Origin: Escherichia coli O127:H6 str. E2348/69
GTDB taxonomy: Bacteria > Pseudomonadota > Gammaproteobacteria > Enterobacterales > Enterobacteriaceae
Length of the DNA: 64,000 bases
Assembly: GCF_000026545.1 (NCBI RefSeq)
Contig: NC_011601.1
Reading direction: 5' to 3' (one strand)
Shown here: positions 41,921 to 55,412 of the stretch, one piece after another
Layout of the letters: each line of letters starts with the position of its first letter
How positions within the stretch are numbered: position 1 is the stretch's first letter
The notes under the pieces: model-generated
What the model was told of the DNA's origin: nothing
Seen by the model: the letters and a program-made list of their open reading frames with translations, nothing else
Database searches by the model: none
Translations under genes and position numbers: made by a program

Positions 41921-42222
41921 AACTGAATAAAATCGCGTGACGACATTTTTTTAATCATCACTTCATCCAGTTGTGGCGAGGTCACGCGAGGCAACAGCGT
42001 GAACATGGTATCCGCTTTCAGATTCAGCACATCAGACAGCGACAGACCACGCAGGGATCCCGCCTGCTCAATAGCCCCGGTGATCTCCACATATGTGATT
42101 TTTTCGGCACCACGCTCAATTGGCCGGGAAAGTTTTACACCACGTTCGACAGCCATATCCTCACCTGCCGTCACATCATCCGCTACGGTGTTATTCCGGG
42201 TTTCAGTATCGATATTTTTCAT
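41848..42222 (-). CDS. E: tail assembly chaperone E
   Basis: Parallels P2 gpE (LRGxSL ... LLPRxTxPxL); the true start may be the internal Met about 22 codons in. Confidence 0.75.
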   Translation of the reverse strand: MKNIDTETRNNTVADDVTAGEDMAVERGVKLSRPIERGAEKITYVEITGAIEQAGSLRGLSLSDVLNLKADTMFTLLPRVTSPQLDEVMIKKMSSRDFIQLCAVAVNFMSEPDSGAKSVQETAA

Positions 42223-42277
42223 CAGTTGTCTCCTTTTCAGTCAGAGGCGACGCACTGCGCCGCCTGCATATTACTTA

Positions 42278-42790
42278 TCAGCCAAGCCCGAGCGCGGAAC
42301 GGATGCGATCGGGCACAATGTCCTTGCCGTCCTTCCGGTAAATGAAGTTCAGCAGGTCAATCTCCCACAACGGACGATCGTTAACACTCAGCTTGTAGTA
42401 GGTGTTTTTAATGGCGTAAGTGTGTGATGTGGCTTCGCCCTGTTTGGCTTCCCCCATATCAATTTCCGTCACACGTCCGCGCATTTCGACTTCATACAGG
42501 TCGCTTTCTGCATCGGTGTAATATTCACCCGCAAAACGCAGCAGCGTGCCGTCAATCGTGCCGCCATACTTAAGGAACAGCTCACGAACTGCGCCCCCCA
42601 TGACAAAGCTCGCATCAAGCGCGGAGTCGTCCAGACCGAGATCAATACTTACCGCCCCCATCATGCCACCACCCCGGTAGCTGTCGGTTTTGCGCGTCAG
42701 CTTAGGCAGGGTGACGGACGTCACCTTACCCACTTCGTTTTCACCATCCACAAACAGCGTAAAAAAGCGAAGATGTTTTGGCACAGCCAT
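42278..42790 (-). CDS. FII: tail tube protein
   Basis: 170-aa ORF; same size and position as P2 FII. Confidence 0.85.
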   Translation of the reverse strand: MAVPKHLRFFTLFVDGENEVGKVTSVTLPKLTRKTDSYRGGGMMGAVSIDLGLDDSALDASFVMGGAVRELFLKYGGTIDGTLLRFAGEYYTDAESDLYEVEMRGRVTEIDMGEAKQGEATSHTYAIKNTYYKLSVNDRPLWEIDLLNFIYRKDGKDIVPDRIRSALGLG

Positions 42791-43974
42791 CAGGCACCTC
42801 CCAGCACCGCAAATGCGGGTTCAAAGTATTCATCAGTAAACGTCTGGTAAAGCTCCATGTCTTCCAGTGGCGGAACGGGCGTATATTTGTAGCGAATACG
42901 CACACGCCCCTGACGTAAATCCGTGGTGCTGTTATCCACCACGTCATACCAGCACTCCGCGCCAATCAGTTTCCCGGCAGTCACCAGTGAATCCAGTTTT
43001 GCCCTGATGGCACTGATAACATCCTTCACGTTCGCAGGCGTCAGTGGACTGTCGATGGTTTCAAACTGCGCTTCCGCAATTGAATCAGCCAGCACCTGTG
43101 CGGTTCGGGTATACACCTCAAAGATGTAGGCGTTCGTTTCCGGTGTGCGGTTGCCCCAGAAGCGGAACCCGTTGCGACGAATAATGGTCGTGATTTCTTT
43201 GTTGTTGAGGCTGTTGGCATCGCTGTCTTCGGCCTGCAACGACCAGAACACATGCCTCGACATCCCCAGCACATTTTTAACCGGAACGTTGGACAGTGAT
43301 TTGTGCCAGCCCTGCTCATGGTCAATGTACGCACGAAGGCCGCACGCATAGGCAGGCGCGGGGAACGTTTCGTTTTTGCCACTTTTCGGGTTGTAGGCGA
43401 TGAAGTCCGGCCATAAGAGCATCACCTCACGTTCGTTGAATTTCTGGCGGTAGGTAATCGCATCAGCCATCGTGTCACAGCCATGACATGAGGCATACAC
43501 AAACGCGCGCAGTTTACCCGCAATCACGCACAGGGATTTTGTCACCGCCTCCGTGTCCAGCTCCGGCGCGGCCAGAATACGCGGACGGTATCCGATGCTT
43601 TCATCCTGCTCTGCAACAAGCAGCGCATACATCCCCGTATAGCTGCCGTCAGATTCAGAACCACCGATAACCAGTTGATCCTGCGTCTTTCCGTCTTCTT
43701 CTTTGTGTTCAGCCACGCGAACGACGATCACCTTTGTGCTCACCTGGTCTGCGATAGCCTTAAGCGCACGATAAAGCGTCCCCGTTGTCCCGCATTTTCC
43801 CAGCACGTCATTGACGCGGGTCAGCAGTGTGGGCTTGTTCAGCGGGAACAGCTTCGCGTCCGCATCATCCGCCGTTGCCACGATACCGATAACACTGGAA
43901 TCAACATCATTAATCGCTGTTACCAGGTCGGTATTTTCCGTAACACGGGCACCATGAAAACGAGTTTCACTCAT
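42790..43974 (-). CDS. FI: contractile tail sheath protein
   Basis: 394-aa product from MSETRFHGARV inside the listed 42790..44148 ORF; colinear with P2 FI (KLRAF.Y.S..GC, GWHK.LSNV, RR.GFRFWGNRT, YTRTAQV.AD, YTPVPPLE). Confidence 0.9.
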   Translation of the reverse strand: MSETRFHGARVTENTDLVTAINDVDSSVIGIVATADDADAKLFPLNKPTLLTRVNDVLGKCGTTGTLYRALKAIADQVSTKVIVVRVAEHKEEDGKTQDQLVIGGSESDGSYTGMYALLVAEQDESIGYRPRILAAPELDTEAVTKSLCVIAGKLRAFVYASCHGCDTMADAITYRQKFNEREVMLLWPDFIAYNPKSGKNETFPAPAYACGLRAYIDHEQGWHKSLSNVPVKNVLGMSRHVFWSLQAEDSDANSLNNKEITTIIRRNGFRFWGNRTPETNAYIFEVYTRTAQVLADSIAEAQFETIDSPLTPANVKDVISAIRAKLDSLVTAGKLIGAECWYDVVDNSTTDLRQGRVRIRYKYTPVPPLEDMELYQTFTDEYFEPAFAVLGGA

Positions 43975-44131
43975 AGCTTCAGCCCCTTGTATCCGTAAAA
44001 TGATTCGGCAACAATCATCACCCACCACGCGCGTAATCTCACCCCTGCGCCGTTCTCCCGACCCGGCGACAACAAAAAGCAGTAACCCCCTCCGCACGCA
44101 CATGCGACCATGCCGCACAGGGAGGGAACAG

Positions 44132-45232
44132 ATGACCGATACCACCATGCAATTGCTCAGTCAGGGCACAGACCCCGTGAAAATGCCGGATTTTGATATT
44201 CTCGCGGAGGGTAAAACGCTGTCAGGCGTGGCAGAGCGCCTGATGAGCCTGTCACTGACCGACAACCGGGGATTTGAGGCGGACCAGCTCACCATCACGC
44301 TGGATGATGCGGATGGTCAGTTGCAGCTACCGCCACGGGGCGCGCGCCTGACGGTTCTCATTGGCTGGAAAGGAGAACCGCTGACAGAAAAAGGCACTTA
44401 CATTGTTGATGAAATCGCTCACGAAGGACCGCCGGACAGGCTGACTGTTTCAGCCAGAAGCGCAGATTTTCGGGATGAATTTAACGTTAAACGTGAGGTG
44501 TCCTGGCATGATGTGACCGTTGAGCGCGTGGTATCTGCCATCGCTCATCGGTACGGTCTGAAACCGCAAATCAGCGAAATACTGATGGATATCGAAATCG
44601 ACCACGCCGACCAGACCGAAGAAAGCGACATGTCCTTCCTTACGCGCATGGCGGAAATGCTGGGCGCAATCACCACGGTAAAAAGCGGTAATCTGTTATT
44701 CATCATGCCAGGCGGTCGCGTGAACGCACTGGGCCAGCCGTTGCCATCGTTCGCCATCACACGCAGCAGCGGCGATCGCCATCAGTTCCGCATTGCTGAC
44801 CGCGAGGCGTATACGGGTGTACGCGCCTACTGGCTTGATCTTAATTACGGGAAAAAGAAAAAAGTCAGCGTGAAACGCCGCAAACCGAAAAAAGAGAAAA
44901 GCAGCAGCCGTGAAGGTGACTATATGGAAGGTGCGGAAGGCAACGTGTTTGTGTTACGCAAAACTTATCAGAACGAGCAGGCAGCAAGACGCGCAGCGGC
45001 GGCAAAATGGCAGCAGCTACAACGCGGAGCCGCATCATTTTCCATCACGCTGGCACGTGGACGAGCAGAACTCTACCCCGAAATGCATGGCACGGTAACA
45101 GGATTTAAAAGCGAGATTGATAATCAGGACTGGATCATTGCAAAAGCCGAGCACACCATTGATAACAGTGGCTTTACCACGCAGCTTGAGCTTGAAGCCA
45201 AAATCCCGGAATGGATAGCAGAAACAGAGTAA
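44132..45232 (+). CDS. D: tail protein D (late control D / baseplate hub family)
   Basis: 366-aa product from MTDTTMQLLSQG with gggaggga RBS, inside the listed 44000..45232 ORF; position before ogr. Confidence 0.75.
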   Translation: MTDTTMQLLSQGTDPVKMPDFDILAEGKTLSGVAERLMSLSLTDNRGFEADQLTITLDDADGQLQLPPRGARLTVLIGWKGEPLTEKGTYIVDEIAHEGPPDRLTVSARSADFRDEFNVKREVSWHDVTVERVVSAIAHRYGLKPQISEILMDIEIDHADQTEESDMSFLTRMAEMLGAITTVKSGNLLFIMPGGRVNALGQPLPSFAITRSSGDRHQFRIADREAYTGVRAYWLDLNYGKKKKVSVKRRKPKKEKSSSREGDYMEGAEGNVFVLRKTYQNEQAARRAAAAKWQQLQRGAASFSITLARGRAELYPEMHGTVTGFKSEIDNQDWIIAKAEHTIDNSGFTTQLELEAKIPEWIAETE

Positions 45233-45402
45233 ACAACTTAGATGCATTAGCCCTGACATTTGCTAACGCGCTTACAGCAAGAATCATAACCAATCTGACA
45301 GCCTACCCGGTGTCAAAATCAGAAGAGCCTTACATTAGAATATGTTAATTTGTAGCAAACAAATTTACACACAAATGATTACTGCTGAAATAGCCCCCAT
45401 AA

Positions 45403-46092
45403 ATGCCATGTCAAAGGATCCATGTTATGAATATGCAAATTTTTATCGCACCAGCAGCCACAGTTGCTGCAGTCTGCCTTGCTGCATATTTTGCTTTACG
45501 AAATGAACGTAAAAAGAAAGCACTTGAGATTAGAACAACTCAACTAGATCGAATATCTGAGCTAGTAAACCGAGCATCTACCAATTTGATGCAATATACA
45601 GGTACTCTTGCCTCTATACTGGAAGCGCACGCCAAAGATAATTATCTACCGAACAAAAAATTTGACATTAATGTAATTAGCAAATGGAAAGATTGCCTCG
45701 ATGAGAGTGAGGTCTGGGCGATTGATATACAGCAACTAAGAACATGTCAGCACAGTCTGGAGTTTCATCGTGAAAAAGAATGGGCTGAATGGAAAAAAAT
45801 AATTCCACCATTACTTGATAAAATTAACCAATTTTTTCTCATATCTAAGCCAGGGCAACCTGTTACGTTTATAAATGGCCAAAACAAAACAGCTGATGAA
45901 CTACTTGTTTTCTCAAGATATTTGAGAAAACAAACAGCAGAAATTGAATCAGTACGTCAGCTGTTACTTTCTCAAATGAGAGAGGAATTCATCGAGTTAA
46001 CTAGCTTTGAACCTGTCACAATGTTTAGCTTATTTAAATCAATAAAGAAAAATGTCATGCAATTTTTCTGTATCAGTGCTCTTAAAAATTGA
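45403..46092 (+). CDS. hypothetical membrane-anchored protein (AT-rich moron between D and ogr)
   Basis: 229-aa ORF; one N-terminal TM helix (IFIAPAATVAAVCLAAYFAL) followed by a Lys/Glu-rich soluble domain; strongly AT-rich codons; the start may be an internal Met (MNMQ). Confidence 0.55.
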   Translation: MPCQRIHVMNMQIFIAPAATVAAVCLAAYFALRNERKKKALEIRTTQLDRISELVNRASTNLMQYTGTLASILEAHAKDNYLPNKKFDINVISKWKDCLDESEVWAIDIQQLRTCQHSLEFHREKEWAEWKKIIPPLLDKINQFFLISKPGQPVTFINGQNKTADELLVFSRYLRKQTAEIESVRQLLLSQMREEFIELTSFEPVTMFSLFKSIKKNVMQFFCISALKN

Positions 46093-46241
46093 CGCTCTGT
46101 TGCAAGCAACCCCAGTGTTAAACTGGGGTTATTCTTGCTAAGAGACCTTTCTACGGCATCAGTAAACAAAACGAACTATCAGTTGGAGTCTGAGCAAGTT
46201 CAGCCTAAACTAGCGACAGCACTACGTTAAGGGAGGTCGCT

Positions 46242-46502
46242 ATGTTCCGTTGTCCGCTTTGTGGCGCATCTGCCCGTATCCGCACCAGTCGTCCGGAAAA
46301 TGATTCAAACACCGTGCGGCAAAAGTATTACCAGTGTAACAACCTGGAATGCGGCGTATGCTTCTCAACACTGGAAGCTTTCCATAAATTCACATCGAAA
46401 CACGCCTCCGGCATCCACTCTTCAGAAGGTATCCCGTGGCATGAGCTGCCAGCTTCACACAGGGGAAACAATCAGATGAGCTTGCCTTTACCTCAGAATT
46501 AA
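46242..46502 (+). CDS. ogr: late gene activator, Ogr/Delta zinc-finger family
   Basis: MFRCPLCGASARIRTSR ... YYQCNNLECGVCFSTLE matches the P2 Ogr CxxC-N-CxxxxC pattern. Confidence 0.85.
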   Translation: MFRCPLCGASARIRTSRPENDSNTVRQKYYQCNNLECGVCFSTLEAFHKFTSKHASGIHSSEGIPWHELPASHRGNNQMSLPLPQN

Positions 46503-46562
46503 CAGGCAGAATTGCCGGAGTAACAAAAACGCGATAGATTACGCGCGGGTGCCTTTCGGCTG

Positions 46563-46775
46563 ATGGTCGGAGGGAATACCCGAAGGCCAGATGTGGAAAG
46601 GCCCCGGAAAACATCTCTGTTTAACCGAGGCCCTAACCGCATTACCTTGACAAGTGAAAGGTTAGCGCCTCTCCGGAAAAGGAGCAAGTGCTATGTCGCA
46701 AAAATCGCTTACGGCCATCACGTTCTGCGTGACGGCAATCCTCATCATCTGGATGTTGCACGGTTCGCTGTGTGA
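46563..46775 (+). CDS. mok-like overlapping leader reading frame of the hok-type locus
   Basis: 70-aa ORF overlapping the hok-like gene in another frame, as in hok/mok/sok loci. Confidence 0.4.
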   Translation: MVGGNTRRPDVERPRKTSLFNRGPNRITLTSERLAPLRKRSKCYVAKIAYGHHVLRDGNPHHLDVARFAV

Positions 46776-46833
46776 AATACGGATGAGCTTCTGGGGAGCG
46801 GAGTTTGCGGCGTTCTTACAGTGTAAGCAGTAA
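46693..46833 (+). CDS. Hok/Gef-family type I toxin (small membrane protein)
   Basis: 46-aa ORF MSQKSLTAITFCVTAILIIWMLHGSLCEIRMSFWGAEFAAFLQCKQ: one TM helix, then the Hok-family SLCEIR and AAF motifs; ggag RBS upstream; not in the ORF track (under 60 aa). Confidence 0.7.
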   Translation: MSQKSLTAITFCVTAILIIWMLHGSLCEIRMSFWGAEFAAFLQCKQ

Positions 46834-46922
46834 GGAAACCGCGACGGGGGAGCAATCCCCCGTCAATCGGTTGCCAGGGTAAGGTCGATAAGGCACCCTA
46901 TCTCACAGACATGAACAACAAA

Positions 46923-46954
46923 CCCGCAGCATAAAAACTGCGGGTTTTCTTTTT
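46923..46954 (+). terminator. rho-independent terminator near the prophage right end
   Basis: cccgcag-cataaaaa-ctgcggg followed by ttttcttttt. Confidence 0.65.
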
Positions 46955-47094
46955 GGTGTCCTCACCGACTTGAAACAGTGATCAGACTATAAGACAAAGC
47001 CCACAATGTAGCGGGCTTACTCCCCTCCCCCCACTAAATGTGGACGCATCGTGGAACGAAGAGATATAAAACATTATAAATCAATTAGTTATTG

Positions 47095-47119
47095 AAAGAA
47101 AAAAGGCCGCAGAGCGGCC
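47095..47119. repeat. attR core (direct repeat) overlapping the ihfA terminator
   Basis: Same 25-mer as at 10636..10660; on the minus strand it gives the ggccgctctgcggcc hairpin plus T-tract just downstream of ihfA. Confidence 0.85.
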
Positions 47120-47136
47120 TTTTTAGTTAGATCAGA

Positions 47137-47436
47137 TTACTCGTCTTTGGGCGAAGCGTTTTCGACCCGGCTTTTTAACTTCTGCCCGGGTCTGAAGGTC
47201 ACCACGCGCCGTGCTGTAATGGGAATATCCTCGCCCGTTTTCGGGTTACGTCCCGGGCGTTGATTCTTATCACGCAGATCGAAGTTACCAAAACCAGAGA
47301 GTTTCACCTGTTCGCCGTTTTCCAGAGCGCGACGGATCTCTTCGAAAAACAGTTCAACCAGTTCTTTGGCATCCCGCTTGCTAAGCCCAAGCTTATCAAA
47401 CAGATATTCTGACATTTCAGCTTTTGTAAGCGCCAT
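47137..47436 (-). CDS. ihfA: integration host factor alpha subunit
   Basis: 99-aa [41 protein letters not shown]... recognised as IHF-alpha. Confidence 0.95.
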
Positions 47437-47440
47437 AGGT

Positions 47441-49831
<2,391 letters not shown>

Positions 49832-49842
49832 CTATTCCTGCC

Positions 49843-50868
<1,026 letters not shown>

Positions 50869-51033
50869 TTAGAGCCCATCCCATCAGGCTATTTTACTTG
50901 CCATTTTGGTCCCGGGCAGTGCTCGAAATCCTCACGTACTTAAGTACGCTCCGGTTTCTCCGCGCTGGCCGTGTCCAGACTGGCTGCGACAATTACGCCT
51001 GATGAGACAGGCTTTTTATTTTTCAAAACGCGC

Positions 51034-51060
51034 ATACAAAAAAAGCCTCCACTGGGAGGC
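51034..51060 (-). terminator. pheST attenuator terminator
   Basis: Minus-strand gcctcccagtggaggc hairpin followed by a T-run, between the pheM leader and pheS. Confidence 0.7.
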
Positions 51061-51109
51061 TTTCAGGCGCTGTTTTCCGTTTCTCTTCTCACGCGCTAGC
51101 CTCCTGGAG

Positions 51110-51154
51110 TCAGGTGCTAAAGTAAAAAAAGAAGCGGAAAATAGCAGCATTCAT
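51110..51154 (-). CDS. pheM: pheST operon leader peptide
   Basis: 14-codon Phe-rich [17 protein letters not shown] found by eye on the minus strand upstream of pheS. Confidence 0.8.
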
Positions 51155-51276
51155 TGCTTGCGTTACCTTTTGGTACTCTTCAAAAGACCTTTATTGAAAA
51201 GGCTACGGCGATAAAAGTCAATGTTTTGATGGCGTTGAAACGAAAAGAGGGAGACTAGCTCCCTCTTTCAACTGGC

Positions 51277-51660
<384 letters not shown>

Positions 51661-51685
51661 TTAAAAAGTTAAAAACGTTAACGGC

Positions 51686-51907
<222 letters not shown>

Positions 51908-51979
51908 TTAATAAACGAAACAAAGGCGAACAATGCCTGTGAAGCCCAAAGGCTCCACAGACAGTGCTACTTGAAGGCC

Positions 51980-52525
<546 letters not shown>

Positions 52526-54454
52526 TTATTCCTCCAATTGTTTAAGACTGCGGCTGCGAATCTCTTGTTGCAGCTTCTCGATCACTTCATTTACGTCCAT
52601 GCTTCCCAGGTCTTTACCACGGCGGGTGCGAACGGCAACTTTGCCTGATTCCACCTCTTTATCACCACAGACCAGCATATATGGGACGCGACGCAAAGTG
52701 TGCTCGCGGATTTTAAAGCCAATCTTCTCATTTCTCAAGTCTGCTTTAACACGAATGCCCGCATTTGATAGTTTTTGCGTCAGTTCGTTAACGTATTCAG
52801 ACTGAGAATCGGTAATATTCATGATAACAACCTGAACTGGCGCAAGCCAGGTCGGGAAGAAACCAGCAAATTCTTCGGTCAGGATACCGATGAAACGTTC
52901 CATCGACCCCAGAATTGCGCGGTGAATCATTACCGGTACTTTACGTTCATTGTCTTCGCCTACATAAGAAGCGCTCAGACGAGAAGGCAAAGAGAAGTCC
53001 AGCTGTACTGTACCGCACTGCCATGCACGATCGAGGCAGTCATACAGGGTAAATTCAATTTTCGGACCGTAGAAAGCGCCTTCACCCAGTTGATATTCAA
53101 ACGGGATGTTGTTTTCTTCCAGCGCAACCGCCAGGTCCGCCTCAGCACGATCCCACATTTCGTCGCTGCCAATACGTTTTTCAGGACGAGTGGAGAGTTT
53201 GACGACGATCTTCTCGAAGCCAAAAGTGCTGTACATATCATAGACTAAACGGATACATCCGTTAACTTCATCGCGAATTTGTTCTTCAGTACAGAAGATA
53301 TGCGCGTCATCCTGGGTAAAACCACGCACGCGCATCAGGCCATGCAGCGAACCTGACGGCTCGTTACGGTGGCAGCTACCAAACTCGGCCATACGCAGCG
53401 GCAGATCGCGATAAGACTTCAGCCCCTGGTTGAAAATTTGTACGTGCCCCGGGCAGTTCATCGGCTTAATGCAGTATTCACGGTTCTCAGAAGACGTGGT
53501 GAACATTGCATCTTTATAGTTGTCCCAGTGACCGGTTTTTTCCCACAGGACACGGTCCATCATGAACGGACCTTTAACTTCCTGATACTGGTACTCTTTC
53601 AGTTTAGAACGAACAAACACTTCCAGTTCACGGAAGATGGTCCAGCCGTCGTTGTGCCAGAATACCATACCCGGCGCTTCTTCCTGCATATGGTACAGGT
53701 CGAGCTGTTTACCGATTTTACGGTGGTCGCGTTTCGCGGCTTCTTCCAGGCGTTGCAGGTAAGCGTTAAGCGCTTTTTTGTCTGCCCACGCCGTACCGTA
53801 AATACGTTGCAACATTTTGTTATTGCTGTCGCCACGCCAGTAAGCCCCTGCCGTTTTCATTAGTTTGAAATGATGGCAGAAACGCATGTTCGGTACGTGC
53901 GGACCGCGGCACATATCGACATATTCTTCATGGAAGTACAGACCTGGCTTGTCATCATGGGCGATGTTTTCGTCAAGAATGGAGACTTTGTAGCTCTCCC
54001 CACGGTTGGCGAAAGTTTCACGCGCTTCGTGCCAGCTGACTTTCTTCTTAATGACGTCGTAGTTTTTCTCAGCAAGCTCATGCATCCGCTTCTCGAGTGC
54101 TTCGACATCTTCCTGGGTTAACGTGCGGTCAAGATCAACGTCGTAATAAAAACCGTTGTCAATAACCGGGCCGATTGCCATTTTGGTATGCGGCCAAAGT
54201 TGTTTAATCGCGTGCCCTAACAGGTGCGCACAGGAGTGACGAATGATCTCCAGACCTTCTTCGTCTTTGGCGGTAATGATCGACAGTTGTGCATCGTTTT
54301 CAATCAGATCGCAAGCATCAACCAGTTCACCATTAACGCGCCCTGCGATACAGGCTTTCGCCAGACCTGGACCAATGTCCAGCGCAACATCCATGGGGCT
54401 TACAGCGTGGTCGTAATGGCGTTGGCTGCCATCAGGAAGAGTTATAACAGGCAT
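52526..54454 (-). CDS. thrS: threonine--tRNA ligase
   Basis: 642-aa ORF; class II aaRS motifs; ThrRS sequence. Confidence 0.95.
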
Positions 54455-54640
54455 TTTATATCCTTATTTGCAGTGGTGACCCACACGAAAGATCACATAC
54501 AAAGAAAAATTTGTTTATTAACAGTTCATTGCGAAACCATCTAGCCAACAAATGCTAAATTGGTTCGCAATCAGGTACACAAATGAAAGACATTAACCTC
54601 TCACCTTCCACCCGGTTGAACGATGTTAACACTAAAAAAA
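54455..54640 (-). promoter_or_regulatory. thrS 5' leader/operator region (approximate bounds)
   Basis: Untranslated region upstream of thrS; in E. coli this leader is the translational autoregulation operator (established knowledge, structure not mapped here). Confidence 0.45.
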
Positions 54641-54977
54641 GGGAGATTGTACCTTTCCGTTTCACATTGATTCGATTCGCAATTCGTTTGTAGTGAGTAC
54701 ACCAGCAAAACGCTTAAAGAACCACTGATAACATCACAGATGTGTCTGAAAGGTTTACTACGAGCGGATTTACAGCAGCATAAACTGAATCCAGCAAAGT
54801 TCGTTGCGTGATTTGGCGGTGGTATTTAAACGATCATGAGATTAATGACGAAGTAGTCATATCGCAATGATAAAAGTGACATAATTCTTATAGCAATTTT
54901 TCGTGCGCATTTCGTTCTGGCGATAATAATCAATCATCATCCTCAAAATCTCCAGACATATATAAGGCGAATAGATT

Positions 54978-55412
54978 ATGAGTAAAAACGATATCATTAT
55001 CAGAACTCATTATGAGTCTCCTCTTAGAATGCACATCGATAGCGACATACTAACGCCTTCATCAGAGCCTATTAATCAATTTGCGCGCCAGCTCATCACC
55101 CTACTTGATACCTCTGATTTAAGTTCGATGCTGTCATACTGTGTTACTCAGGAATTTACCGCAAGCTGTCGAAAAATATCACACAATTGTTATTCCACTG
55201 CCCTTTTTATCATTAGCTTTACCACTTCACCCATCCATGCAGAAAATACACTCATTACATTACACTATAAAAAAGAAATCATTTCCTTATTTCTGGAAAC
55301 CACGCCTATTAAAGCTAACCATTTGCGAAGCATACTGGATTATATTGAACAGGAACAGTTAACTGCCGAAAAACGTAACCATTGCATGAAACTGTCCAAA
55401 AAAAATTCATAG
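54978..55412 (+). CDS. hypothetical protein in AT-rich island downstream of thrS (possibly a pseudogene fragment)
   Basis: 144-aa ORF in a strongly AT-rich stretch, followed by short overlapping ORFs (55461..55763, 55693..55887) that look like gene remnants. Confidence 0.35.
   Translation: MSKNDIIIRTHYESPLRMHIDSDILTPSSEPINQFARQLITLLDTSDLSSMLSYCVTQEFTASCRKISHNCYSTALFIISFTTSPIHAENTLITLHYKKEIISLFLETTPIKANHLRSILDYIEQEQLTAEKRNHCMKLSKKNS

Larger units (their letters stand above)
10636..47119. mobile_element. P2-like (Peduovirus-type) prophage integrated between btuC and ihfA
   Basis: 25-bp direct repeat at both ends; tyrosine integrase and C repressor at the left end; P2-like gene order A, cos, Q, P, O, N, M, L ... 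D, ogr ending at the right repeat. Confidence 0.9.

Noticed and set aside
43975-44131. Search for an Ogr-type late promoter dyad (TGT-N12-ACA) in the FI/D divergent intergenic region
   Set aside because: Found only a TTGT-N20-ACAA arrangement by eye, which does not match the canonical spacing; no promoter call made.
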